A stretch of DNA of 63,424 nucleotides, the filler included, from Folioceros fuciformis (lineage: Eukaryota), in the NCBI GenBank assembly GCA_049999805.1. It is 10 parts of 10 records of this genome, joined end to end, with 100 filler letters (N's around TTAATTAATTAA, not from the genome) between each part and the next. Parts side by side here need not be neighbours in the genome. Positions count along the whole stretch, not along the records: positions 1 to 5,093 come from JBNGIO010001905.1; positions 5,194 to 13,437 come from JBNGIO010001907.1; 8 more parts are not named here. The stretch is one strand, 5' to 3'. Positions within the stretch are counted from its first letter, which is position 1. Each line of letters begins with the position of its first letter. The position numbers were made by a program, and so were the translations under genes. The notes under the pieces were generated by a model. The model saw only the letters and a program-made list of their open reading frames with translations, was not told where the DNA came from and did not search any database. Below are positions 1-10,100 of this stretch, piece by piece.

Positions 1-389
1 GTAGGGAAGTGTAGAAGGTAGTGGTGTCGTTGCTGGTTGCTGGTAGTTGCTGGTGTTGGTGCTGGAGCGAGAGAGTGAGTGAAGTGTGTGAGGGAAGTCG
101 TAGATATGAGAGGTTAGAGTCGTTGTAGTGACTGGAGTGAGTTTGTGGGCACCGAGAGAGGTGCAGCTGACCGCCGGACAGCGAGGCCTGTCCTACGCCT
201 GATCGAAGCTGGAGGGGAGCCCTCGAATCCATCATCGAGTTGATCAAGTCCGACCCTCCATCCACAACAGCAAGGAACCCCATCGCTCCTTCGTGGGAAC
301 GAAACCCAATGTCTCAACGACAGTGGGATAAGTGTGGCCACTAAAGGTGGAACCCGTCGGCAATCAGTGCTCGGGGTTTTGCCTCCACA
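1..389 (+). mobile_element. 3' part of long LTR, family X (copy A)
   Basis: Near-identical to 28083-28462 and to the reverse complement of 12381-12765; all three copies end at GCCTCCACA (LTR-type CA end) with different flanks. Confidence 0.8.
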
Positions 390-415
390 AAAGCATATAC
401 AGAGCAAGAAGGACA

Positions 416-973
416 TCAATTTGGACTTCCAAACATATGATTCTTATTTGTTTTCTTGGCGTTCTTACAAGCTACACCCCTAAGGACAAGGTTAGCAAGC
501 AAGTCTGGCTTCAACAACATAAGAAGTTTGAAATCCAAATGACCTATCTGCTCTTGTAAGTCTCTCAAGTCTGCACTAGTAGCAGATACCTTTTGTATAA
601 TGCTGCTAAAATGTGTATCCACATGTTGTTGATGTGATTCAATTTTGTTCACTAATTGTGCAACACTAGTAGGTGGTGATACATGTGTTGTTAGAAAGCC
701 TTTGTGATGACCATTCCCATCAAAAGCCCTTAGAACACGCACCTCTGGGAGATTATCAGGGTTTTGAGGTGAAAGGGCAATTACCAAGTGGCGCTGATCA
801 TGATAGAGTTCTTCAATCAAGGTATTGAAGGATTCTCTTACTTCAAGAGCGAGCGCAGGTTGATTTTGAGTTCTCGCAATCCACCTTGCCCCCTGCGGCG
901 ATTCTGGTTTTGTGGAATTTGCATAGCAGGGCGAAGCTGCCACTAGTGCCCGTTCAGACAGTTGGCCATTCAT
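416..973 (-). CDS. Uncharacterised 185-aa ORF downstream of a copia-type PBS
   Basis: Open frame about 300 bp 3' of the PBS at 1281-1292; has a heptad-like helical segment; no Gag motif recognised. Confidence 0.4.
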   Translation of the reverse strand: MNGQLSERALVAASPCYANSTKPESPQGARWIARTQNQPALALEVRESFNTLIEELYHDQRHLVIALSPQNPDNLPEVRVLRAFDGNGHHKGFLTTHVSPPTSVAQLVNKIESHQQHVDTHFSSIIQKVSATSADLRDLQEQIGHLDFKLLMLLKPDLLANLVLRGVACKNAKKTNKNHMFGSPN

Positions 974-1280
974 CAGGCCAGATCTTGTGTTGTTAAATGT
1001 TTTCTTTTGACATTGTATTTTATAGAAAAATTTTCTGACAATCTATCTTTTGAAATTGCTTAGATAGCAATTCAAGAAAGATGCATCAGGATCACTTCCT
1101 TAATTTGCCAGGAATTGTGTCAATTTTTATATAAATAAAAAACACAAATTGTATTCTTTAAGTTTTTGGTTTCTTGATCAAGAAAATATTTTTCTATATA
1201 TATATATATATATAGAAAAATACATTCTTTTTAAATGCATTTTACAAAAAGCTTTAATCAAAATGCAACCTGCATATCTT

Positions 1281-1292
1281 GCTTTGATACCA
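1281..1292 (-). promoter_or_regulatory. Primer-binding site (tRNA-iMet type); AT-rich LTR-like sequence at about 1293-1540
   Basis: TGGTATCAAAGC on minus strand (consensus TGGTATCAGAGC). Confidence 0.65.
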
Positions 1293-1543
1293 TTTTTGAA
1301 TAAATAGAAAAATGCAGATTAATAACAATATTTTTATTGAATGACATTGTATCACTATTATGTAAAGAATACACACTAATTACTATTTATGTAAAGAATA
1401 CACACTAATTAAAGTTCATAATGGTTTAAGTAGAAACCAAAAGCCATGCCTTTACCAAAAGATGTAACCCTAATGAAATGCTATGACCTTTTAAAATAAC
1501 TTAACGTATTAACCCTAATCATGATTCAAACACATCTATTCCT

Positions 1544-2842
1544 TTAGAGAGCTCCAATCAAATCCGATAATGCCACTACAGGGTCTTGGCCTGCAAGTGT
1601 AGCCTGGGCTACTGTATGAAAAATTGTACTATGGTTGCTGACAAAGGTTCGGTAGCTTTTTGGAAGTGATAGTAAGAGCGCAACTGCTGCTTGCATCTCT
1701 ATTGTTTTAGTGCCACTCGAGGTAAGCTTTGACCTCAGCATGCAAAACTTTTGAACATTTTGCTCGACAAAATCATGTTCCTTCATTTTGCAGTTGTAAA
1801 ATGCCCTTGTGGCACTTACCAAGGACGAACCATTCGTCACTCTGTATATTTGTGATAGTGAGTCCTACACATCCTTTGTAGAATCTGCATCTTGGGTATG
1901 ATGCATCATTGATCCATCCATGGCAGCTTGTATCACTCCAAGTGCTGGGAGGTCTTGTTTGGCCCAAGCATCTATGTCAACTTGGGGAGCAGTAGCTGCT
2001 GGCTTAGGGACTATACTTGTGACAACACCCAAGAGGTCATTTTCCTTTGAGATGGTTTGAACTCTCAAGCTCCTCGAGCATGATATGACATCCGAGGATG
2101 TCTTGCTCAAAAAATTGAACAAATTTCCTCCCTTGGGAGGAGCCTGACAGCGTTCCATTTCCTTCTCACTTTGATCAGGTATTTGTACCATCTTGTTGAT
2201 GTGAGATTTCCCTGATCCTTGCAGATGTCTGCAATTGAAAAGGGTTTCGTATGTAACAGATCGTGGTTCTACAGGGATAGCCTCCACTTGTAAAAGGAGG
2301 GCAACAATTCTTCTACTAATCTCACTTACACTATTTCTGATGTCATGAATTTGTTTACGAATGTTGCAGGTTGACGATCTGAACAGATCACACAACTCAA
2401 CTAGTGGCTGATCTGTAGATGAAGGGAAGTAATTAAACTCGTGTGCACAAGAATGACATAGGTTTGTCTTGTTCTTTGAGTTTTCTCTCAATTTGACTGC
2501 TGAAACCTCAGTGGCTTCATACAGATTTCTATGGCTTGACGCAATTGCAGGCTTAACATGATTTGAGTAAAACTGATTTAGCCTACGATGCTGTTCTACC
2601 ACAAACATGCACGAGTATCCATCAAACGGATCTACAGACAGGTTTGCTCTGTGCTTCCTATTTCTCGGCATTACACTCTATGAGAAGTAATAAAACAGAA
2701 TGCCAGCCAGAAATGCATTTGCCATGGTTCCAATTCTAACCATTGCTTGCCCAAGTGCACAAATGAGGTTGCAAGATTCTTGATGTGTCTACGTCTTAAT
2801 GCAACTCATGGTTGTGTAGATTGCGCAGTGGTCAGTGGCCAT
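1544..2842 (-). pseudogene. gag: Ty1/copia gag (UBN2/Retrotran_gag_2-like) with long N-terminal extension; in-frame stops
   Basis: One frame from ATG 2842; C-terminal half WAKQDLPALGVIQAAM..KDV*DSLSQIY..RAFYNCKMKE..VALLLSLPKSYRTFV is typical copia Gag. Confidence 0.8.
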
Positions 2843-2854
2843 GACAAGTTCCAA

Positions 2855-2866
2855 GCTTTGATACCA
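2855..2866 (-). promoter_or_regulatory. Primer-binding site (tRNA-iMet type); 5' LTR at about 2867-3110
   Basis: TGGTATCAAAGC 12 nt upstream of the gag ATG. Confidence 0.75.
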
Positions 2867-3109
2867 TAGAGATCTAGCTAGGGATTGAGGATGCAAGAGT
2901 AGAAAGCTTAGAAAAGAATTGATTAAATTTTATGTGTCCATGAGACTACAAGCCCGTAAGCGAGCAAGAAGTGTCTATTCACGAAGGTGTGAACCAACCG
3001 TCAACAGTCACGACGTATGAAACGCTATCGCGTTTCATATCTACATTAATTAACTAATTAATTAATTAACCCTAAAAGCCTGGCTATTTAATACTATAAC
3101 TTAATAAGG

Positions 3110-4203
3110 TATGGTATTTCTTGAACAAATGTATAGATAAATATCTCAAGTTGATAGGTTTCATCCAGGTGGATCCTAAACCCTAAACCCTGGTCATCTG
3201 GTTATCCTAGCACTTTACGTGGATGATGTTATACTAGCATCCAACAACAGAGAATTATTGGATTGGGTGAAAGGTATGCTACACAAGGAATATGATATGA
3301 AGGACATTGGACCACTTACCTTTGTCCTTGGTGTTCAACTGTTGAGAGATAGACCCAATCGCACACTACTTCTGCACCAGACTAAATATATTGGTGAGAT
3401 TCTTTGATGCTTCAACTTGCAGGACGCTAAACCTATCAGCACACCAGGAAGCGTTGGGGTTAAACTTTCTACTCAATAGTGCCCGCCAGACGATTATGAA
3501 CGTGAAGCCATGAGCCAGATCCCTTACCGGCATGCTGTGGGCTGCCTTAACTACATTAGTTGCTGGACTAGGCCTGATATCCAGCACTCTGTAAGTGTTG
3601 TTTCCTAATACCTCGAGAATCCAGGCCTCGAGCATTGGATGGCAATTAAAATGATTCTCCGGTATCTTAAAGTCACATCTACCTTTGAGATACGTTTATA
3701 GGGCAGTGACCATGCACTCACTCTTGAGGGATACGTAGATGCAGGTTGGGCTACGACCCAGATCAAAGGAAAAGTATTTTTGCATATTGTTTTATGCTCT
3801 TTGATACAGCAGTCAACTAGAGTTTGAAGAAACAAACTTCCATAGCCCTCTCGTCAATGGAAGTAGAATACAAAGCTCTTACTGACTTAGCAAAGGAACC
3901 TGAATGGGAGCGCACTTTCTTAGCTGGCTTGGGCTTTCCTTAGTCGATTTCCACAACTATCTTTTGCAACAACATGTCGACCATTGCCTTAGTTGGGAAT
4001 CCTTGTTTCATGCGCGCACCAAGCATATCGAAATTCAGCATCACTACATCCGACATTCTATGGAGCACAAGGTGATCAAAATTGAACATATATCGACGGG
4101 GCTAAATACAACCGACGTGTTTACAAAGAGCTTACCGACAAGCAAGCATGATTTTCATATGGAGGCGCTGGACCTGGTAGAGTACTCTTCCTACTTGCCT
4201 TGA
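3110..4203 (+). mobile_element. Ty1/copia RT-RNaseH fragment, degenerate
   Basis: LALYVDD, MKDIG..FVLG, GYVDAGWA, FHARTKHIEIQHHYIR, DVFTKSL motifs with stops and frameshifts. Confidence 0.92.
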
Positions 4204-4624
4204 CTGCTACAGGTGGATGCTCCAGGTGCTGGACAGATGAAGCTCCTCTGTCTACTTAATCGTCTAGCACCCAGCTGTGCTCTATTACAGCAATGGGACT
4301 TAGGCAATCTTCTCCAGTTGGTCCTTCAGCTCTTTAAGCTAGGCCTTCGAGATACAGCCTTGCTTCCTCATTGGTCTCATCGTCACTGCAACCGACAGCT
4401 TTGTTTCCTAACGTGCCACTTCAATTTGCTGCTCTGTCACATAGCATAACCTGCTTTCTTCATCACGTGCTGCTGGTGATCTTTGTTTACACCTGGCTCG
4501 CCTTTTCTGCTTCTCCTTCCAGTACCAACCAGGGTGCACAGATTCACCGCCAACAAAAGTGATTCCCCCATCTCAATCCAATCTCGGTTCGTAGGCTAAC
4601 CAAGGTTTCGTGGTTAAGCGGGTG

Positions 4625-4813
4625 TGTTAAACCCCGAGGGTTATTAGTAACCACGGCCACTAGTTACCTAGCTACCTAGATTAGGGTTATATATATATAA
4701 TGAAGGGTTATGTAGTGACTTTTAGGGTTTAGTATATAAGGACACCTCTTTGTAAACTTATTAATATATTTTGTTGTTGTCAAGTTTGTGGTCTCTCTCT
4801 AGCAGTTTTGACA
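4625..4813 (+). mobile_element. Short 3' LTR of the preceding copia
   Basis: Purine-rich TAAGCGGGTG, then TGTTAA...TTGACA termini, internal TATATAAG and TTGTAA. Confidence 0.55.
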
Positions 4814-4821
4814 TTAATAGA

Positions 4822-4950
4822 CTACTTGAGACCATGCAAGCCTTTAATTAGTCTGCATACGCAATCTTCCTTGCCTTTGACCTCATAACCTTTGGGCTGT
4901 TTCATGTAGATTTCTTCTTGAAGATGGCCATAGAAATATGTTGTCTTCAT
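4822..4950 (-). mobile_element. copia RT fragment
   Basis: YGHLQEEIYMKQPKGYEV..VCRLIKGLHGLK. Confidence 0.85.
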
Positions 4951-5093
4951 GTGGGCAAGCGTGTGTGGTATCCCTACCAGGCACCCGCTCACATGTATTG
5001 TGGCCACATCAATCCCACGATCGTTGTAGGCTTCCCCAGAATCGCTCCTGTCGGGTTTTAGATGCTTAGGCAGCGAGCACGAGAGCGAGATGC

Positions 5094-5193
5094 NNNNNNN
5101 NNNNNNNNNNNNNNNNNNNNNNNNNNNNNNNNNNNNNTTAATTAATTAANNNNNNNNNNNNNNNNNNNNNNNNNNNNNNNNNNNNNNNNNNNN
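5094..5193. other. Artificial contig spacer (also 13438-13537, 22413-22512, 27022-27121, 32696-32795, 35274-35373, 46044-46143, 58198-58297, 61817-61916)
   Basis: Identical 44N-TTAATTAATTAA-44N linker with stops in all six frames. Confidence 0.98.
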
Positions 5194-5769
5194 CTCTAAA
5201 ATTCTTATGGACCCGTTGTTGGAATAAAGAGCAGCGTTCTCTCTGACCAGCCTTCTCTAATGAGCTCTCTATTCTCATTCTTGGATACCTTGTTGGAACA
5301 TGCGTGTTGGAACAATCCAGATCCTACTTCGAGAAAGGAGTGTGGGATACTTGGAGGCTTGGTGTGGGTATATGGGGGTAGCCGTGTGTGCCCCACCGCA
5401 CTCATGGATTGCATGTGACTATCAGGATAGGCTACTTATAAAAATTATATGTATTACTTTTTTTTATGTTTGCCACCTTTGTGATCATGTGATCAACGTA
5501 CGGGCTCAAGCTCTGCCGGCCTTCGTGAAAAGCTTTCCTCGGTAAGCAAAGACGGCTATGCGCCACGTTGAGCGCGCTCCGGCCATTTCACACCTCACGA
5601 TACTCCAGCACAAATGTTGCGGCCTCGGCGGCCTTCTTTGTATGTGAGCTAGTTACGCAAGATGCATTTCTGGTGGAAGAATACCAGCAGCCTGGCATTG
5701 GCAGAGAAGGGCCACGATGCATGGCGTAATCACCAGCTGGAATGCGTGCCGTATTTCGGCTGAGGGAGC

Positions 5770-6282
5770 CTACGTGTCCACTCTTGCAATCCAGGGCACC
5801 TTGGGCTACATCGATCCCGAGTATTACACAAGCTTCTAATTGACAAGTAGGAGTGATGTGTACAGCTTTGGCGCGGTATTGTTGGAACTCATTTCAGGAA
5901 AATCTCCAATGGATCTTTTGAGCATATGGGAGGAGGCCAGCTTAGTGGACTTGGCAGTTTCCGTCAAGAATAATGGTGCTTGGACGTCAAGAATAATGGT
6001 GCTTGGACGTCAAGAATAATGGTGCTTGGACGTCAAGAATAATGGTGCTTGGATGTCAAGAATAATGGTGCTTGGACAGAGTTTATCGATCCTATCTTGC
6101 TGGATACTTTGGATTCGCTGGCTGGCAATCGATCCTATCTGGCTGGATACTTTGGATTCGCTGGCTGGCAGGGCATCAATGGAGAGCTTAGCTTGCTTGG
6201 TTGCCAAGTGCTTGGCATTGAGACCAAGGGAGCGATCAGACATGAAGGAGGTACGGCAGTAGCTATAGGCGCTCGTCTATAA
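5770..6282 (+). pseudogene. Receptor-like kinase C-lobe fragment (WAK/LRK10L-like)
   Basis: [37 protein letters not shown]; in-frame stop and tandem duplications. Confidence 0.8.
5963..6170 (+). repeat. 5 x 23-bp plus 2 x 43-bp tandem duplications
   Basis: GTCAAGAATAATGGTGCTTGGAC x5 (5963-6077); ATCGATCCTATC..GCTGGCA x2 (6085-6170). Confidence 0.95.
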
Positions 6283-6299
6283 GCATTGCGATCCTTGTT

Positions 6300-6790
6300 C
6301 TTGTTAAAAACAGTGAGTCCCAAGATCAATCTCTGGTTCAGTACCTTTAGATTGATAGCATATACATACATATGTAGCCTTCAAGCATGACAATACGTCC
6401 TTGTGGATAAACAATATCTCGACCATGGTATTATCCCATATATCCTGGGATATACTTACAGCATTCTAGTCTAGATGTGTTGTTACAAAACCCTATGGAT
6501 TTCTAACACTCCCACTCAACACATCGACGATCTAACCTATAAATCTTACTCAATTAACCCTAACATCTTGCTAAACTTTATATGCTTCTCTAAGGCTAGA
6601 CCTTTGGTAAGAAGGTCAGCCAGCATGTTCTCTGTAGGACAGTAAACTAATGTTCTCTATAGGACAGTAAGCTAATGTTTGCTGACTCCACATATATTTG
6701 CTGACTTAAGGAGATTACCCTATTGATCCTTTTGTCTTTCCACCTTTATTCCTAAGAAATAATGGAGCTCGCCCGTATGTCTTACATATC
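6300..6790 (-). mobile_element. Internally deleted copia 3' end (RT scrap, RNaseH end, PPT, LTR)
   Basis: GELHYFLGIKVER and YCPTENMLADLLTKGL; GTTGAGTGGGAG PPT followed by TGTTAG at about 6507. Confidence 0.7.
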
Positions 6791-7194
6791 AAAACTTTCT
6801 TTGAGATTGATCAACACGCAGCCAAGTCGTTCTTGAGCGATTACGCTGGAACCGAGCCCTACGAGCGGAGGGAGGAGCGGTAGGAGCAGAATGATGGGAG
6901 GTTGAGGCGAGACATCCTGATGGATGCACTGAGGCCCCCCAGGGGGGCTCGGCAGGCCACTCATGGGCACAAGTGGCCGGCATGGGTACGGACTTGCAGA
7001 ATGAGCGGAATCCTATCACAAGAGCGCAGGCAACTAAGCCGGAAATACTTAGGCGGAAGAAAGCTGGATCTGAGTAGGAGGCTCAGGTACGGACGAGCGG
7101 GAAGGACACAATTGGGGAGAGGACAAACGAGGGCACAAGTACAGAGACAAACTGAGTCCCGGCAAGCGAGGGGCTGGGAATCCATCTCGGTCCT

Positions 7195-10100
7195 TTGGCT
7201 GACATCCTTACCAAGGAGCGTTTTTTTCAACAGGAGGAAGGCAGATTGTCGGGTAGCTCGGTGGTGGGAAGACTTGTTGCAGGAGGACCACCCTCGGTGG
7301 GCGATCTGGAGGCGTGGGTTACTCAGGTCACAGGTTGTCCTCCTGCATATGTCTTTCTGAAAGACGATGGCTCCTTTCAGGTTAAATGCGATGAAGCGAC
7401 TGGCACGCTTGCTCTCTTACAGACATCTTTTCCTTCAAAGGCTCAACCTCTGTGATGATTGAGGCGTGGTCTCCAGGAAGCACCATTATGCATTCTCAGA
7501 TCAAACGGCACGGGTGAGGCTGCTTGGCCTTCCGGTGCAGCTTATCCTGCTGATAGACAAGATGTTGGAAACAATAGGTTGGGTTGTTGAGGGCCCGCAG
7601 GTGGACTCTCGTTTCTTCGACAGAAACAAGCCTCCCCACTTCGGAGTGAGGGTGGACAGCCTCACTTCCTTGCCAGCTGGGGTGGTGGTCCGTGACCCGG
7701 TTGAGATGTCAACGAGCTTCACGCAACTTTTCGACTACCCTAGGCTCCCGGTTAGGTGTGGAATCTGTGGCCTTGCTAACCACCTTAAACAGGAGTGCCC
7801 GCTCCGCGCAGGTTCAGAGGGAAGAAATGGTAACTCTAAGCAGACCCCATCTGTACCCTTACCGGGGTTTCAGGGTGCCCAGAAAAAGCCTTGGAGGGCA
7901 AGCCTGGCAATGCAACGTTGGGCATGTCGTATTCAAGTCAAGGCCTTCCCGAGGTTTGCTGGTTCTACCGTCATACAAGTGAAGACTTGTGTAATCTTGA
8001 GGAAGACGGTGGACAACACCTTCTACTACTGGATGCCGAAAGGGCAGGAGCTACACGCTTTTCCTACTCGATCACTGCAAATACGTGCCTCTGATGGTAT
8101 CCGAATGGATACGGTATGGGAGTCAATGAGGAAGGGAGCCGGGAGCGTGGTGCAAGAGGGCCTAGGTGTAGGTGAAGATTTTGCAAGCAAGTTGTTAAAG
8201 GAGGCTAGGTTCAGCTAGGTTCAGCATTGTCTGTCATAGGCTGGAGGGAGCTACGGTGATTATGTACTTCAACACGATGTTTGACCTGGGGAAAGAGTGT
8301 CTGATCCCGAGCTCTAAGCAAGCACAGTGGCTGGGGGAGACGAAGATGCTTGCTTTTGTCAAAGATGCTAAGTTTGGCCAAGGCAGGGTCACCCTTGCTA
8401 CTAGAGTTGTGGTCAAAGACCATCTCGGCTTCTTAGGCCTGCTTACCTCACCGATTACGATTAAGTTGCCAAGGGAATGGGAGCTGAGATGGAAGGAGGA
8501 TATTCAGGTTGACGGAGCTGAGCCGATGGATGTCAAGGACAGAGAAGATGGGCCCTCTCACCGTTCATGTCCTCAAGGTGACTTGGCTCAGCAGGAGCAG
8601 GGGCAGGCCGTCTCGGATCCTAGCCCTGTCAAGGCACCCGTACTGAACTTGTCGGCAGGTTCTATAAAGGTGACGAGAGGAGCCCCTTCCCAGCAAGTCC
8701 CTGCAGCTGATGAGGGCCACAGGATGGCAGGAGGGCAGATGCTTAGAGCTGTAGGACACCAGCCAACAGGGGTGCTTAAAACCCCCAATAGCTCTCCGGT
8801 TGAGACCGACTTAGGCAATCTGCAGCAACCGGGCCCCGGGTTGCTCAAAAGCAACGGTATGGAGTAGGAGCCAAAGGGGTGGAGGTATCTGGGGGACCTA
8901 ACCAAGCTGCGAACCAGAAGGTCTATCAGGTATCCAGGCCAAGGAAGGGGAGGCAGCTATGAGATCCACAACGTGGCAATCTCCAGACTGGGGCACTTGC
9001 TAGGCCGGATATGGCGAAGCCTGTTGGCGGTAGCGGTGGTGAGGTGGGCAGGGATCGGAGGGTCTTTCAACAGGGTGAGGAGCAGGAGGTTCAGGAGGAT
9101 CAGAAGAATTGGGTTAGGGGTCGGGATGGCGATTCTTACCAGGAGGTACTTTCGGAGTACGATCCCCTAAAGAAGGGTGGCACGTCTGCTTATTCTGCTC
9201 AGATCTCGGTGCATAGCCCTCCAGGTGTTGTGACGGACAGGCTGCTGGGTGACGCCTCTGGATGTGCGCCTCACACTCATACAGAGTGTGGTTTTCCAAA
9301 GGAAGGTTGTGACGACGGGAGTCTTGATCCCGGAGGTTGCAGGAAGAGTTTCTCGATGCGGGGTGGGGCTACTGAGGATGCTATGTCTTTGAGGCGGCAC
9401 CGAGTTTTGGCGGTGGTGCAGGAAGGTGCCCACATCGCTGAGGGTGCATATGTGCAGTCGGCCGGTGAATCCTCGGTGCTGGCTCGCGTTTTTGGGGAGG
9501 GTAGCCGGTTGCTGGGAGGACGGTCGGGTGAACACCAGCTTGTGGTGCCCCAGGATATGCCTCAGAGGGTTTCCTTTGAAAGTGCCCCCCGTCATAGGGA
9601 CGAGCTCGAGGCCTTGGCGTCTTCCTTGTTCAAGTCGGGATTCACAGCGGGCAGGCGCGGGGCGGGTTCTCTTGGGGAGTTCTCGTGTATCCCGTCAGGT
9701 CTTGAAACCAGGCTGGAAAGTGGTGGCGAGGTCTCTCCAGGCACCGAGGACACCAGACCCGCGACTACCTGGCTGACCTGGCTGAGCCTTTCCCGGATCG
9801 CCAGCCGTTTAGATGTGTGGAACCGGAACCAGAGGAGAGGGTTGGGGAGGGAAGAACTCGAGCAGGCGATGGCAGCATCAGTTCTGCCTTGGAGGACTGT
9901 GAGCCAGGACAGGAGCTGTGGACTGTGGCAAAAGAGGAGGACGGGGTTGAGGTGGCGATTGGTTCCAGAAAGCCAGGAGTGCACGCACTCCTGTCCGAGA
10001 GGAATATGAAGCTGACAGGCGGTGCTAGCTCTTTGGTTTTTCCGGCCATTGAAAGATGCATGAAGGCGAGACCCTCCCACCAGGATCGCAAACAAGAGCA

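Noticed and set aside
4204..4570. Possible antisense coiled-coil ORF in the copia 3' UTR
   Set aside because: Too many stops and too short to support
5138..5149. TTAATTAATTAA palindromes recurring nine times; ORFs containing X or ending LIN
   Set aside because: Scaffolding linker, not biology
5963..6077. CRISPR-like 23-bp repeats
   Set aside because: No spacers; tandem duplication of kinase coding sequence
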